Shown here in pieces: positions 1 to 13,977 of a stretch of DNA of 64,000 nucleotides (the stretch's first letter is position 1; each line of letters begins with the position of its first letter). The notes under the pieces were generated by a model that saw only the letters and a list, made by a program, of their open reading frames with translations, had not been told where the DNA came from and made no database searches. The DNA lies in NCBI RefSeq assembly GCF_006345805.1, contig NC_043009.1, positions 40,920,001-40,984,000 on the forward strand, given 5' to 3'. This DNA comes from Octopus sinensis (lineage: Eukaryota). Both the position numbers and the translations under genes were made by a program.

Positions 1-590
1 CGAATCATGCTCTAAAGTGTGATCTTTAAAAAATGGTTGGGTGCTTAAGATTATGTAATCCTTAGTTGTGCCTTATAAAGAGGATTGCCTTCGATCATAG
101 GGTTGCTGGGTCAGGTCTCACCTAGGGCTAAATGAAATCAACAGCAGCAGCAGCCGTGGAACAAGCAAATGATGGAGCTTCTACATGGTTGCTTGACCTG
201 GAAAAGCTCGCCAAATCTCCCTCAAATCACATTTTACTGCCTTTAATAATTGGAAGTATATAGATAGATAGATAGATGGATGGATGGACGGATAATATAT
301 TTATACATAACTCTAAAAAGACTGGATGGTCATGGTTGGGATGTCTTTGATCACAGATCAACTCAGATATGAACCGGGGCTACACAACAACAACTGCTAT
401 CAAAAACAAACTTTAACTTCCAATCCATATTTGCCTTCACTCTAAGTAGTTTGCTTTGCTGGCATGTGGCCTAGTGGTTAGTGCTTGGCTCATGGTCATA
501 AGGCTGTGGGTTCAATTTCTGGACTGGGCATTACACTGTATCCTTGTGCAAGACATTTTGCTTCATGCTCCTTTAATTCAAGCAGCTTAA

Positions 591-772
591 CCCTTTCGTT
601 TCCATAAGTCTGTGGAAATACACTGCCTTTGATTAAATTAACTTACCAACCACATGGTTCCGGGTTCAGTCCCACTGCGTGGCATCTTGGGCAAGTGTCT
701 TCTGCTATAGCCCCAGGCCGACCAATGCCTTGAGTGGATTTGGTAGATGGAAACTGAAAGATGCCTGTCATA

Positions 773-823
<51 letters not shown>

Positions 824-1202
824 ATATGTTTGTGTGTCTGTGTTTGTCCCCCTAGCATTGCTTGACAACCAATGCTGGTGTGCTTACGTCCCCGTCACTT
901 AGCGGTTCGGCAAAAAGAGACCGATAGAATAAGTACTGGGCTTACAAAGAATAAGTCCCGGGGTCGATTTGATCAACTAAAGTGCGGTGCTCCAGCATGG
1001 CCGCAGTCGAATGACTGAAACAAGTAAAAGAAAAAGAAAAGAATGAAGAATTTAGTACAATAACATTGCCGTGAATAAGTTGGCATTTGGAACCTAAACT
1101 AACATGAAGTTTTTGAACGAATGTTTAATTTAGATTACTTTAAAACAGGAAGCTTGTATTATTGACTTGAGGGCAATCTTAGGCAGTTGGGTATCAAAAG
1201 GG
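591..1202 (+). mobile_element. TTAA-flanked MITE (piggyBac-like ends), interrupted by a composite SINE
   Basis: TTAA at 587-590 and 1203-1206; ends ccctttcgtt...tatcaaaaggg. Internal sequence (aagaatttagta.aataac...ggaac.taaa) is shared with the copy at 60963-61182. Confidence 0.7.
642..1041 (+). mobile_element. Composite SINE (B+F) with internal (TA)n(TG)n microsatellite, 5'-truncated
   Basis: ttccgggttcagtcccactgcgtggc..cttgggcaagtg left part, then microsatellite, then ...gactgaaacaagtaaaag right part; the same order recurs in many copies in the window. Confidence 0.85.
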
Positions 1203-1216
1203 TTAAATAAGCACTG

Positions 1217-1595
1217 TCTGAAATAGTAACTCCGATGGATGTAATATTTTTAAAAACACATTATGTATATATCAGAGAGCGGTGGAACTAATTCTAGTAG
1301 AAGTTAATGAGAATGTTAGGTTGACTTCTGCCTTGTTAGGCATTACCAATAATGTATACTCACTAACAGTATGCTTCAGTGAAATCCATCTCACTGGTTT
1401 TGCAAGTAGCTGCCTGGCTGAGAGGAAGTTATCTTAGTATGCTGACAGTGAGTATATGTTATTGATAATGCCTAATAAGACAGAAATACATCTTACATTT
1501 TCATTCATCACTGCTGGAGTGATTTTCGTCTCCCATGGATGTATTCACATTGAGTTTTTAAGCACATAACATCCATAGGAGATACTATCTCCAGA
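1217..1595. repeat. Degenerate long inverted repeat (fold-back/MITE relic), arms about 160 bp, loop about 60 bp
   Basis: ccttgttaggcattaccaataatgtatactcact pairs with agtgagtatatgttattgataatgcctaataaga; the match extends outward to tctgaaatagtaactcc / ggagatactatctccaga. Confidence 0.8.
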
Positions 1596-2053
1596 TGACA
1601 ACCTCTGTAAATTTTTACCTATAACAATGCATTTATATTAAATACAATACATAAATGGCTATATATCACGATTACATGGGTCAGATGGAATTAGCTGAGG
1701 CAGATTTTCTATGATCAGATGTCTTCCTGTCACTCACCCTTGTTTCCAACAAAGGTAATATTTTCCTCAAAGCTGAAGTTTTTTTGTGTTTTTTTATAGA
1801 AGATTAGAAACAAATGACATTGTTGGTATGACAATGATGATTGTTTAGAAATATTGTGCTTACAAATAAACACATATAAAGGCTTCTTGCAGTTTTTCAC
1901 TTTGGTCAGCCTTGAGGTCTGTGCTAGAAGATACTTGTCTAAAGTGTAGCGCAGCAGAACTGAACCTGAAACCACATGTCTAGAAAGCAAACTTCTTAAC
2001 CACACTGCTATACAAACGTGCATATATAATTACATATATGCATACATAAAAAC

Positions 2054-2362
2054 TGGCACTTTGTCGGTTACAATGGTGAGGGTTCCAGTTGATCTGATCA
2101 GCAGAACAGCTTGATTGTGAAATTAATGTGCAAGTGGCTGAGTACTCCACAGACACATGTACTCTTAATGTCGTTATCAGGGAGAATTGGTGTGACAAGG
2201 GTGGCCCTTTGAAATACAGGTACTACTCATTTTTGCCAGTTGAGTGGACTGGAGCAATGTGAAATAAAAGTCTTGCTCAAGAACACAACACATTGCCAGG
2301 AAATGAATTCATGATCTTAAGATAGTGAGCCAAATACTGTAATCACTAAACCACACACCTCC
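2054..2362 (-). mobile_element. tRNA-derived SINE (family C-type)
   Basis: Homologous to 26738-27043 and to the 3' half of 57401-57758 (cttgagcaag.cacttt.atttcacattgctccagtccactc). Confidence 0.75.
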
Positions 2363-3654
2363 ACATATATATATATACTTACGTACAAACACACACACAC
2401 ACACATATATATACACACACACTCACACATACATGTGTAAATGCATACATTTTCACACACACACACATATAGATAGTCAATGGAGAGATAATTGTAACTA
2501 AACAAGGGACAACTTTGGATCAAAAGCAGCTGTACTTGAGATGTGTCAATTATCTAATCAGAAAATAATAACAATAATAATAATAATAATAATAATAAAA
2601 ATAATAATAATGATAATGCTGACAATGAGACTAACAACAACTAAGGATATTCAAACATTAATTTCTATAGTCAATATCATAACAATTCCTAAGGTGATAT
2701 CTCCCAGTCTTGTATTGACAATATCAAATTCATTAATGTAAATGTGAAAGGAAGAAAAAAAAAAAATGTATGAGACTTTAATAAGACATAAGTTTTTAAT
2801 TTTTTGTTTATTTGTTATATTTTTTTGTCCGTGAGGTGTGGGGGTGGGAGTGGCGGGTTACATTTTCGATAAAAGGTATTCTCAGATTTCACAGAGGTAC
2901 AAATTTTACGTTCTTTTGTCGTCTTGTATAGACAAAAACCAAAAATAAAAACAAAAAAAAAAGCTCTTCATTCATCAGGTAGACTGTCCCTAAATATATT
3001 CTTGCCATACTTTGAAGAAGCAAACAAGTTTTATAATAGAAGTTTAACGAAAGAGGGGAGTGTGTGACAAAGGAAAAAGTCCCACCTCACCACACAACAC
3101 ACATACTTCAAAAATAAATAAAAGAAAAAACTAAAAGAAAAAGAAAACAATGACAAATTCCTAAACTCAACCATAACTCAAGAAAATCCCATCCACTTTA
3201 ACAACTTTGTATTTGATCAATTTTCTTTGCTATTCACCTTTCGTAGTTTGTGTTTGGATTATAAATCCCACAGACACCAAGGAATACCACTAAACAGCTG
3301 TGCTGAATCAATCCAAGGTTTTGGCACAATAGTTTCAAGCCAGATATACAGAGGCGGCAGGTGGCAGGTGGCGTGTGGTGGGGTCGGCACAGACACTTTT
3401 GATTATCTAATTGCAGCCACCCCTCAGCTAGCCACCCAAATGATAACAATGCAAGGTCTGCCTGTCGTAGCAAAGTGACAATACTACTGCTATCAGCGTG
3501 ATATAGTGTTACAGACAAATGTTAAATAAAAGGGTGCAGCAAAAATAAGCTAAGTACGGAAATGAAACTGTACTAGACTGGCTCACAACACATTAGGTAA
3601 CAGATATATCTATATGTAATGTATTTTTATGTCGGTATATACATACATATACCT

Positions 3655-3985
3655 TGACTGGCTTCTGTGCCAGTGGCACGTAAAAAGCACCATCCGAATG
3701 TGGCCGATGCCAGTGCCGCCTTGGCTGGCTTCTGTGCCGGCACGTAAAAAGCACCATCCGAACGTGGCCGATGCCAGTGCTGCCTTGACTGGCTTCTGTG
3801 CTGGTGGCACGTAAAAAGCACCCACTACACTCATGGAGTGGTTGGTGTTAGGAAGGGCATCCAGCTGTAGAAACACTGCCAGATCAGACTGGAGCCTGGT
3901 GCAGCCTCCTGGCTTCCCAGACCCCGGTCGAACTGTCCAACTCGTGCTAGCACGGAAAACGGACGTTAAATGATGATGATGATGA
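3655..3985 (+). mobile_element. SINE-like family D with internal approximately 65-bp tandem units and (GAT)n tail
   Basis: Repeated tggcacgtaaaaagcaccatccgaa.gtggccgatgccagtg units, then ggttggtgttaggaagggcatccagctgtagaaac...gacgttaaatgatgatg; more than 12 related copies in the window. Confidence 0.8.
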
Positions 3986-4235
3986 TGATACCTATACATA
4001 TATCTGTCCATCTATCTGTACATCATCATCATAATTTAATGCAGGTATGAGTTGGATGGTTTGACTAAAGCTAGCAAGCAGGAGAGCAGCACATGGTTCC
4101 AGTATCATTTGGCCTGATTCCTACACCTTGACACCATCTTACAGTGTGGTGGGTGCTCTTTATGTGGCACCAGTATGAGTTCTATTAAGTGGTGCCAGCA
4201 TGGAGTTTTTATATATTGGCATAGGAGTGGCTGTG

Positions 4236-4760
4236 AGACCCATATTGGAGTACGGGATTCAAGCTTCTTCTCCTTATCTCCTCAAAGACATACATCATCT
4301 CGAAAGAGTCCAGAAGCTGGCTACCCACATGGTTCTAGGTCTCAAGCATTTGTCTTATGAAGAAAGGCTGAAGACGCTTGACTTTTATTCTCTAGAAAAA
4401 CGCCGCCGCCGTGGTGATCTCATTCTTGCTCACAACATCATAAGCGGAAAGTGTAACCTCTTGAAAGAGCTGTTCTTCACTCCTGCTCCAGAGCGTCGGC
4501 TGCGGGGTCACTCCGCAAAGCTCTATCTGCGACGATTTCATCTCAATCGAAGGAGAGGGGTTTTCTCTGTCCGGGTTGCAGATCCGTGGAATAAGCTGCC
4601 GGACGAGATAGTGAAGATGCCGACGACCGCTCGGTTCAAAGTCTCCCTGGACCAGAAATGACTTGAACTCTTTGCATGAACACCACCCAGTACATAACTC
4701 CATGTCCCCCTACATGGCCTTGCTTTTTGCTTTTTGAGCCAAAAAATTCACTTAACTTAA
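4236..4760 (+). mobile_element. CR1-clade LINE 3' fragment (post-RT C-terminus plus 3' UTR), inserted into a SINE-B head
   Basis: Frame VRPILEY...LERVQKLAT...SYEERLKTL...LEKRRRRGDLI...RGHS.KL...FSVRV..PWNKLP ending TGA 4659-4661. Flanks ggagtggctgtg| and |gtagcttgcttac rejoin to the SINE-B head seen intact near 29322. Confidence 0.88.
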
Positions 4761-5290
4761 GTAGCTTGCTTACAAACCAGGTTCATAAGCAAGCTTATGG
4801 TTCCAGGTTCAGTCCCACTGTGTGAATGTGTATGTATGTATCTATGTTTGAGTCTCCTTATCTCAACATCATGTACTGTTGTAAATGAATGAAAGAACAT
4901 GCCTAACCATAGGGAAATATTACCATGCATGGAAAAAAGGTAAAGGATTGTAACAGGAAGGGCATCCAGCTACAGAAAACCTGCCTAAATAAGCTCTGTT
5001 CAGCTTGTCGCCAAACCCACATCAAACCAGGGCTTATAGTCCTGTGAAATGCATGGCAGCCTCAGTAGTTCAGATGGTACAAAAGAAAAGTCCCCCCCCC
5101 CAGTCTACACTGTAAAGTGGTTAGTATTAAGAATAGAATCCAGCTGTAAGAAAAACCATGCCAAATTAAGTCAGTGGAGCTCAATGCAGTCCCTGGACAT
5201 AGCAGATCCTATCAAGCAGTCAAACTCATGGAGTATGGACATTAAATGATGATAACTAACATACATACATACATACATATATATATTTAG

Positions 5291-6243
5291 ACAGGCGGCG
5301 AGCTGGCAGAAACATTAGCACGCCGAGCGAAATGCGTAGCCGTATTTCGTGTGCTGTTACGTTCTGAATTCAAATTCCGCCGAGGTCGACTTTGCCTTTC
5401 ATCCTTTCGGGGTCAATAAATTAAGCACCAGTTACGCACTGGGGTCGATATAATCGACTTAATCCGTTTGTCTGTCCTTGTTTATCCCCTCTGTGTTTAG
5501 CCCCTTGTGGGTAGTAAAGAAATAGGTATTTCTTCTGCTGCTACGTTTTGAGTTCAAATTCCGCCGAGGTCGACTTTGCCATTCATCCTTTCGGGGTCGA
5601 TAAATTAAGTACCAGTTACGCACTGGGGTCGATATAATCGAATTAATCCGTTTGTCTGTCCTTGTTTATCCCCTGTGTTTATCCCCTCTGTGGGTAGTAA
5701 AGAAATAGGTATTTCTTCTGCTGCTACGTTTTGAGTTCAAATTCCGCTGAGGTCGACTTTGCCTTTCATCCTTTCGGGGTCGATAAATTAAGTACCAGTT
5801 ACGCACTGGGGTCGATATAATCGAATTAATCCGTTTGTCTGTCCTTGTTTATCCCCTCTGTGTTTAGCCCCTTGTGGGTAGTAAAGAAATAGGTATTTCT
5901 TCTGCTGCTACGTTTTGAGTTCAAATTCCGTCGAGGTCGACTTTGCCTTTCATCCTTTCGGGGTCGATAGATTAAGTACCAGTTATGCACTGGGGTCGAT
6001 ATAATCGACTTAATCCGTTTGTCTGTCCTTGTTTATCCCCTTGTGGGTAGTAAAGAAATAGGTATTTCTTCTGCTGCTACATTTTGAGTTCAAATTCCGC
6101 CGAGGTCGACTTTGCCTTTCATCCTTTCGGGGTCGATAAATTAAGTACCAGTTACGCACTGGGGTCGATATAATCAACTTAATCCGTTTGTCCGTCCTTG
6201 TTTATCCCCTCTGTGTTTAGCCCCTTGTGGGTAGTAAAGAAAT
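5291..6243 (+). repeat. Head-to-tail tandem array of SINE family A (one head plus 5 units of about 184 bp)
   Basis: Units start at gtatttc at 5342, 5526, 5709, 5893 and 6062; core gaggtcgactttgcctttcatcctttcggggtcgataaattaagtaccag. Confidence 0.92.
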
Positions 6244-6588
6244 ATATATATGTTTAGACACAAAGTGAGTGACTGAGCGAGAGAGAATGGGGGGGGGAGA
6301 GGGTCTCGTCAGTTTCAAACTTTGTCACCAGTGCAATATAATATAATATAATATAATATAATATAATATAATACAGTATTATAAAATTATAAAATACTTG
6401 AATTTTTATTTTACTCGATATGCAAGAGAGATGAATGGAAGATTTTGTGTTTTTCTTGGTGTACCGAACACGACAATTTCTACACAGTCGGCTTATTCAG
6501 TGACTGGATGCAATGATAAATTGGTCAAGCAAAGCATATACATGTGTGTGTGTGTGTGTGTGTGTGTATGCATGTAAATGAATGTTTG

Positions 6589-6635
<47 letters not shown>

Positions 6636-6959
6636 ATGTATATGTGTAGATATATATGTGTGAGTGTGTTGTTAATCTTTGTAAAAGACATTAAAACAGG
6701 CTAAAATTGGGAAAATTCACATAAAGACTTATATAAAGGTTGTTTCTAGTTTCCATCAATAATGATAATAATAATAATAATGATAATAATAATAATAATA
6801 ATAATAATAATCATAATAATAATAATGATAATAATAAAAACCATTAGAAAATACAAACAACAACATCTAATTTCACTATACGAATTTTATATTCATGTAT
6901 GCATCAATTCTCCTAGTAACCATACACTGTTGTTTAGTATTGTTTCTTTAAAATTCTTG

Positions 6960-7190
6960 ATTATGCTGATAATGGTGATGATGGTGATGGTGGTGGTGAT
7001 GAAGGTGGTGGTGGTGGTGATGATTGTGATGCTGGTGGTGATGAAGGTGGTGGTGGTGGTGATGGTGGTGGTGGTGATGGTGGTGGTGGTGGCAGTGACG
7101 ATGATAACGGTTGTAGTGATACAGGAAATGAAGATGATGATGTCGATGACAATGATGTTGATGGCAATTATGATGATGATGATGATGAGG
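6960..7190. repeat. Degenerate (GGT/GAT)n trinucleotide tract
   Basis: Direct reading; explains the poly-His/Pro/Val ORFs. Confidence 0.9.
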
Positions 7191-8678
7191 AAGAGCAGGG
7201 AGAAGATAGAGAAACAAAGCCTTGGGCTTTGCATAACCTCCCTGATTGAAGGGGTAAAAAATAATGCTTATTTAGTCACATTGTTTTGAATTAATCATAC
7301 ATTAACTGGTTGCTTTGAGATATCGATGATGTCATCATCATCATTGTTTAACGTCCACTTTCCATGCTAGCATGGCTTGGACGATTTGACCGAGGTCTGG
7401 CAAACCAGACTCCAATCTGATCTGGCAGAGTTTCTACAGCTGGATGCCCTTCCTAACGCCAACCACTCCAAGAGTGTAGTGGGTGCTTTTACGTGCCACT
7501 GGCAACGGCCACGCTCAAATGGTGCTTTTTATGTGCCACCTGCACAGGAGCCAGTCCAGCAGCACTGGCAACGATCTCGCTCGAATGTTTTTTTCACGTG
7601 CCCTATTTTTAGAGTGAAATTGTGGGGTAGGTGTAAGAGATCAGATCTGGGCAGTTTGAACATAAAACTGAGAGAATATTTGGGCCAGATAGGACCCATC
7701 CAAAAAATTTCAGGCCTTTTGCCTAGAGTAGAAAAGATTATTAACTGGTAATCTGGGCCATGAAAATACTAGATTACACTGATCAAGCTTCCTGGTGGTT
7801 TGCTGTGCTTGAATAGACATGTCAAGCTAAGTAAAAAGTGTGGTTGTCCTTGCATACAGGCTCATCCCCTGCAACGTTCTCCAGCTGAGCATCCCTAATC
7901 TCGCAGGCTCGTAGGAGCTGGTGCCATGTTTAAAGCATGCATACTGGTGCTACGTGAAGCACCAAGTACACCCTGTAAAGTGGTTAACATTAGGAAGGGC
8001 ATCCAGTGGCAGAAACCATGTCCAAAACAAACAGGGAGCCAGAACAGCCCTTCAGCTGGTCAGTACCTGTCAAACTTTCCAACCCATAGCAGCATGGAAA
8101 ACGGATGTTAAATGGTGATGATGATGATGGATCCCAATATTTGGTGGGCACTTTATATTATTGTGTTCAGAGGAATGAAAGCAAAACCCGACATTGACAG
8201 GATTTAAACACAGAACATAAAAGTGGGGGGAAAATACCAGAAGGCATTTTATATGGTGTTTTAATGATTCTAAAGGGAAGTTACAAGTTGATAGTAACAG
8301 TTAGTAAACTACAAGTCTTGGTGCATGTAGATTCATTGTTTTATAGTAGTTCATTATTTCTTTATTGCCCACAAGGGGCTAAACATAGAGGGGACAAACA
8401 AGGACAAAGGGATTAAGTAGATTACATCAACCCCAGTGCATAACTGGTACTTAATTTATCGACCCTGAAAGGATGAAAGGCAAAGTCAACCTCGGCGGAA
8501 TTTGAACTCAGTAGTTTATATAGAGTACTATCCTATGGAGATAACCTACAATGTTTATCAGTGTGGTGGTTGTAATGTTCCATATCTATGCACACAGTAC
8601 AGCAGACATATCTGCTCCCATCTTGAACAGAATGACAAATGCAATATATTAGCAATGCCATTACTGTCAACATGCAGG

Positions 8679-8710
<32 letters not shown>

Positions 8711-10198
8711 TTAACATCTGCCTTCCACACTAGCATAGGTTGGATGGTTAGGCAAGAGCCTGCACCAGACTTCTGCATCTGTTTTGGCATGGTTTTCACA
8801 GGTGGATGCCTTTCCAAATGCCAACCCCTTTACAGTGTGGACTGATCTAGTTATTATTTTGTAATGTCCTGTCTAGAACCATCATCGTTCCACCTTAACT
8901 CTCACAATATGTGATGACCACTGAGTGATGCAGCTCCTGTCACATAGTTAGAAATGACAGGCATGTGTCATTCAATATTCATTCATGGAAAAAAGTAAAA
9001 ACAGCAGTAGCTTTAACTTTCGCAAGGGTCTGGCTGGAAGAGGAAGAAACCACAAGTCAAGAGTTGCTAAAGTATAGCCTAGTGCTTAGAATATTGGCTT
9101 CAGATTCATAAGATTGTTAGTTCAATTCCTGTACTGGGCAGCATACTATGCCCTGGAACAAGGTACTTGTTGAGTGAGGTACATGAGGCACCAGTCTGCT
9201 AAACTAAAAGTGAGTACCAGACAATTGCTGGCAACACATCTCTCTCTCCCTTCAGCTGTTACATCCTTGATATTTCTGTATATCAAGAGTAGTATAAGGT
9301 TGGGAAAGTATCTATGCCTTCTTATGACTACACAGGCACCTAAAACAATTAGTGAAAGCATGGTACATGCTACCAGGTCATACTGGCTTGCAAATGACAA
9401 CTAAGTAATGCCTTGCATATATTTTATCACTGTAATTAACCCAGCTGGAAGTCAGTAGACGCTAGTGGGTGAACCAGAGAATGGAACAGCCTTCGGAGGC
9501 ATCACTGCCATATCTGATTGTGGAAGTAGTTCCTCTGTGGTGGAGGGTCTTTACAGGAGAACCACCTTTACTTGTACCATTTAAGAAAGAGGGACACCAT
9601 ACTAAGAAGGTTTAGTAAAGAAAAGGCATCACATGATGCTCAGATATCCTCAACTCGAAAGAAACCCAGTTCTGAATGTCCATAACAGAGTGGACTCCAC
9701 TACAAGTGCAGGAACCCAACAGCCAACTGGCAGCATTAAATCAGAGATCGGATTAGGTTTAACAAATCAAGGCGGCAAGCCGCAACAAGATAAGGAGAGC
9801 AACAAATAAAATTTCCATTGTAGCGTCATTTTCTTAAAATTTTCTTATTTTTTTTCCTTTCCCTCCAAGTCGCTTAACAAAGAAAGAGTTATTTAGTAAT
9901 GGAAACAGTCCTTTACAACGAAGTGTGAAAAAGGGGAAAGAAAGGGGAGAGGTTGGGAGAGAGTGCCGTTTTTTAACTGTGCTTAGTAAACGGCAGCAGT
10001 TAGCAGCTATTACATTGCAAAGATTGATGTAGATAAACAAGGGAAAGTAGCTTAAATAAACATTTAGAGGATCAATGTGTGTTACAGATAGAACCAATCA
10101 TTGGTTTTGTATATGTAGACGCACTCGTATACATAAACAAACAAGCATGCACAGATACACGCGTACATAACGTGCATACCTCGATGCTATGTGCATAA

Positions 10199-10229
<31 letters not shown>

Positions 10230-10600
10230 CTGTATTTATATAAACATGGCTTCATTCACATACATGAATATATATATATATAATATACACACACACATAG
10301 ATGTATATGCATATATATATATATATATATATGTATATACATATGTGTGTATATTATATATATATAATATACACACACATAGATGTATATGTATATATAT
10401 ATAATGTATGTATGTATATTTTGGGAAAATGTGTATTATACACATCTATGATCAATCATACATGTGCAAGCAATTTCTCAACATATATACGTGTATTTGT
10501 ATCTACATATACACCCATATGCACACACATACACACACACATATCACATATAAATAAACATGCTCATCTCCCATTCAATGAATATATATATATATACACA

Positions 10601-11477
10601 CACATATCTATCTATATATATATATATATATATATATACATACACATAAACATATATGCATACATATATATATTACAAACACATACACACATGCACCCTT
10701 CCTCACACACACACATACACACACATCCTAAGTATTTCAAGTATTTCAAGTAAAAATGAGAAGAATATTATTGTAAGTTTTGGCGAGTCTGGGGAGTGCA
10801 AAGTAATTTTATTAGTAAGTAATGTAAACCAGTGTTGGTGTTGCTGTTGTTGTTATTGTCGGTGGTGCCGGTGTCGTGGGTAGAGGATGGGATGCAGAGT
10901 GGGGGTGGGGGGAACGTGTATGGAAGCACAGAGAAAAGAAAGGGTTGCACAAAAACGGGATAAAACATAGACACACTGATACACAGATGCAACAGCTAGC
11001 TGATACATAAATACATACATATATATATATACCTCAACCCACATATCTATCTATATATATATATATATATATATATACATACACATAAACATATATGCAT
11101 ACATATATATATTACAAACACATACACACATGCACCCTTCCTCACATACACACATACACACACATCCTAAGTATTTCAAGTATTTCAAGTAAAAATGAGA
11201 AGAATATTATTGTAAGTTTTGGCGAGTCTGGGGAGTGCAAAGTAATTTTATTAGTAAGTAACGTAAACCAGTGTTGGTGTTGCTGTTGTTGTTATTGTCG
11301 GTGGTGCCGGTGTTGTGGGTGGAGGATGGGATGCAGAGTGGGGGTGGGGGGAACGTGTATGGAAGCACAGAGAAAAGAAAGGGTTGCACAAAAACGGGAT
11401 AAAACATAGACACACTGATACACAGATGCAACAGCTAGCTGATACATAAATACATACATATATATATATACCTCAAC

Positions 11478-11520
<43 letters not shown>

Positions 11521-11921
11521 CACATAAACATATATGCATACATATATATATTACAAACACATACACACATGCACCCTTCCTCACATACACACATACACAC
11601 ACATCCTAAGTATTTCAAGTATTTCAAGTAAAAATGAGAAGAATATTATTGTAAGTTTTGGCGAGTCTGGGGAGTGCAAAGTAATTTTATTAGTAAGTAA
11701 CGTAAACCAGTGTTGGTGTTGCTGTTGTTGTTATTGTCGGTGGTGCCGGTGTTGTGGGTGGAGGATGGATGCAGAGTGGGGGTGGGGGGAACGTGTATGG
11801 AAGCACAGAGAAAAGAAAGGGTTGCACAAAAACGGGATAAAACATAGACACACTGATACACAGATGCAACAGCTAGCTGATACATAAATACATACATATA
11901 TATATATACCTCAACCCATAT

Positions 11922-11960
<39 letters not shown>
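10601..11960. repeat. Tandem triplication of a 439-bp unit bounded by (TA)n/(CA)n tracts
   Basis: gtatttcaagtaaaaatgag at 10741, 11180 and 11619; the ORF track repeats at 10656/11095/11534. Confidence 0.93.
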
Positions 11961-11975
<15 letters not shown>

Positions 11976-13329
11976 GATACACACACACACACATATACAT
12001 ACATACATGCATACATATACACAGAGAGTTTTGATATCAACGATCTGGCTGGAAACACTTCTAGGCTTTGATTTTCCTTCAAAAATGAAGTTTGTTTGAC
12101 ACAATCAGCTTCCATGTTATTTGTAATGAAAACAACGAGGGGGTGTGATATGAAGATTATGGCATGGTAGTGGTGGTGGTGATAAGGAAATGGTGGCAAT
12201 GGGGGTGGATAATTTAGGGTGTACATAGCAGGGCAGTGGTGGCGGTGGTGGTGGTGGTGGTGCGTGTTTTGATCTTAGTCACTGTTTTGCATTGATAAAA
12301 CTGATACCTACGAGGAGAGCAGAGGCTGCCTTGCGGTATCATATTGCTGAATGATGAGTCTCTTGTAGTAAATGTTTACGATATGACAAACATTGGTTAA
12401 TAGGGGGGAAACCTGAGGAGACAATAACACAAGTTTCATATTGGAGCCTGAATGAAAACAGCAGAGAAGAACCATGAGACTTTCTACACAGAGAGAGAGA
12501 AAGAGAGATTGATAAAACGATGGGCTTCCATGCAGTTGCAGTTATTATCTACGAAATTCATTGACCAGGCTTTTAGTCAGTCTGGAGCAGTAGTAGTAGA
12601 AGACACTTACATGAGGTGGTGCTACAGTGGGACTGAATCTGAAACCACATGGCTGCAAAGCCAAGCTTCTTCACTGCTCAGCCATGATTGCACCTTGGGT
12701 GGGGTTGTTTCCATGCCGCCAGCATTAAAGAGGTTGTCATAGCCCTTAGAGTCCGCTTCAACCCTGTCTGGTCTCTGTTCTATACAGCAACCACTGTGTG
12801 TGTGTGTGTTGTGTGTGTGTGTGTGTGTGTGTACATCTTTGTGTTAGTATCCCCACCACTCCTTGACAATCAATGTTGGTTTGTTTACATCCCTGTAACT
12901 AAGTGGTCTAATGAAAAAGACCTGTGATTTGGGCTTTAATGAAACCAAAATGATTCTTATTTCTTTATCTTTTTATTCAAGTGAAAAGGACAATACCCTT
13001 GACTCTTTACAGGGTCTCCAAGATTAGCGGAAGAGAAGAAAGATGGTATCCTCAAACCAGGAGATGTGACAAATAGTCGAAATAAAGACTCTTCTAAAAA
13101 CACCCTAGGTGCTAAGTGATGGATGGATTAACTAAGTATAACTAGTTAATCCAGCCATCCTGTAACTAAGTGGCTTAATGAAGTAGACCCAGCACCAGAC
13201 TTAATATTAGTACTGGGGTCGATTTGTTCAACTAAACCAGAAAACGAAAAGTATGCTTAGTAAACTGGTTGGCATTAGGAAGAGTACCCAGGGGTATCTA
13301 GAGACTGCTTTTGAATCTATTTAGAAATC

Positions 13330-13977
13330 AATATGACATTGGTATGAGAGTGTACCAAATGTAGACCATACTGTTTAGGGATTCCATGTCAGAGATGTTG
13401 TTATTCTTTTCAAGAAGGCTAACAAGTGACAATTTGAAATACTTCCAGAAGTTTCTTCTAGTCACTAATATAATCCAGCTAAAGGTGGCAAAATGGCAGA
13501 ATTGTTAGCATGCTGGGCAAAATGCTTCACAGCATTTTGTCTGTCTTTGTGTTCTGCATTCAAATTCCACCGAGGTCGACTTTGCTTTTCATCCTTTCAG
13601 GGGTCAATAAAATAAGTACCTGTTGAGCACTGGGGTTGATGGAACTGACTTACCCCCAGCCCCCGAAATTGCTGGCCTCGTACCAAAATTTGAAATTAAT
13701 ATAATCCAGCTATACATTCCAATGCTTTGATGTCTTTGTTCTGACAGTCAGAAGAACTTTAAGTTCAACTTGCACTGAGATTACCAACATGTCTAAAAAA
13801 GACTGGTGCAAGTGTAAAGGTAGAACACCAATAAAATTAACATTGCTCAGAACTGCAAAAATTCTTCATAGAGTTCTTGAAGCAAGACCAGTGAACAACT
13901 GTCACTTCAGTCTGCTAGCTGAGGACAGTTGACACTTTCCATCATACCCAGCAAAATAAGCTGTGAGTTTTCATCAC

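Noticed and set aside
2965-2990. CTGATGA hammerhead core on the minus strand
   Set aside because: No GAAA core or stem II at a suitable distance.
4200-4661. 153-aa ORF as a host gene
   Set aside because: CR1 C-terminus; its Met and first residues come from flanking SINE sequence.
6948-7217. Poly-His, poly-Pro and poly-Thr ORFs
   Set aside because: Trinucleotide-repeat artefacts.
9150-9790. Possible decayed LINE 5'/endonuclease region
   Set aside because: Only vague resemblance and no motif I could verify; left unannotated.
13118-13159. 17-bp-stem hairpin
   Set aside because: Short and AT-rich with no context; the 9-bp hairpin near 59783-59803 likewise is plausibly chance.
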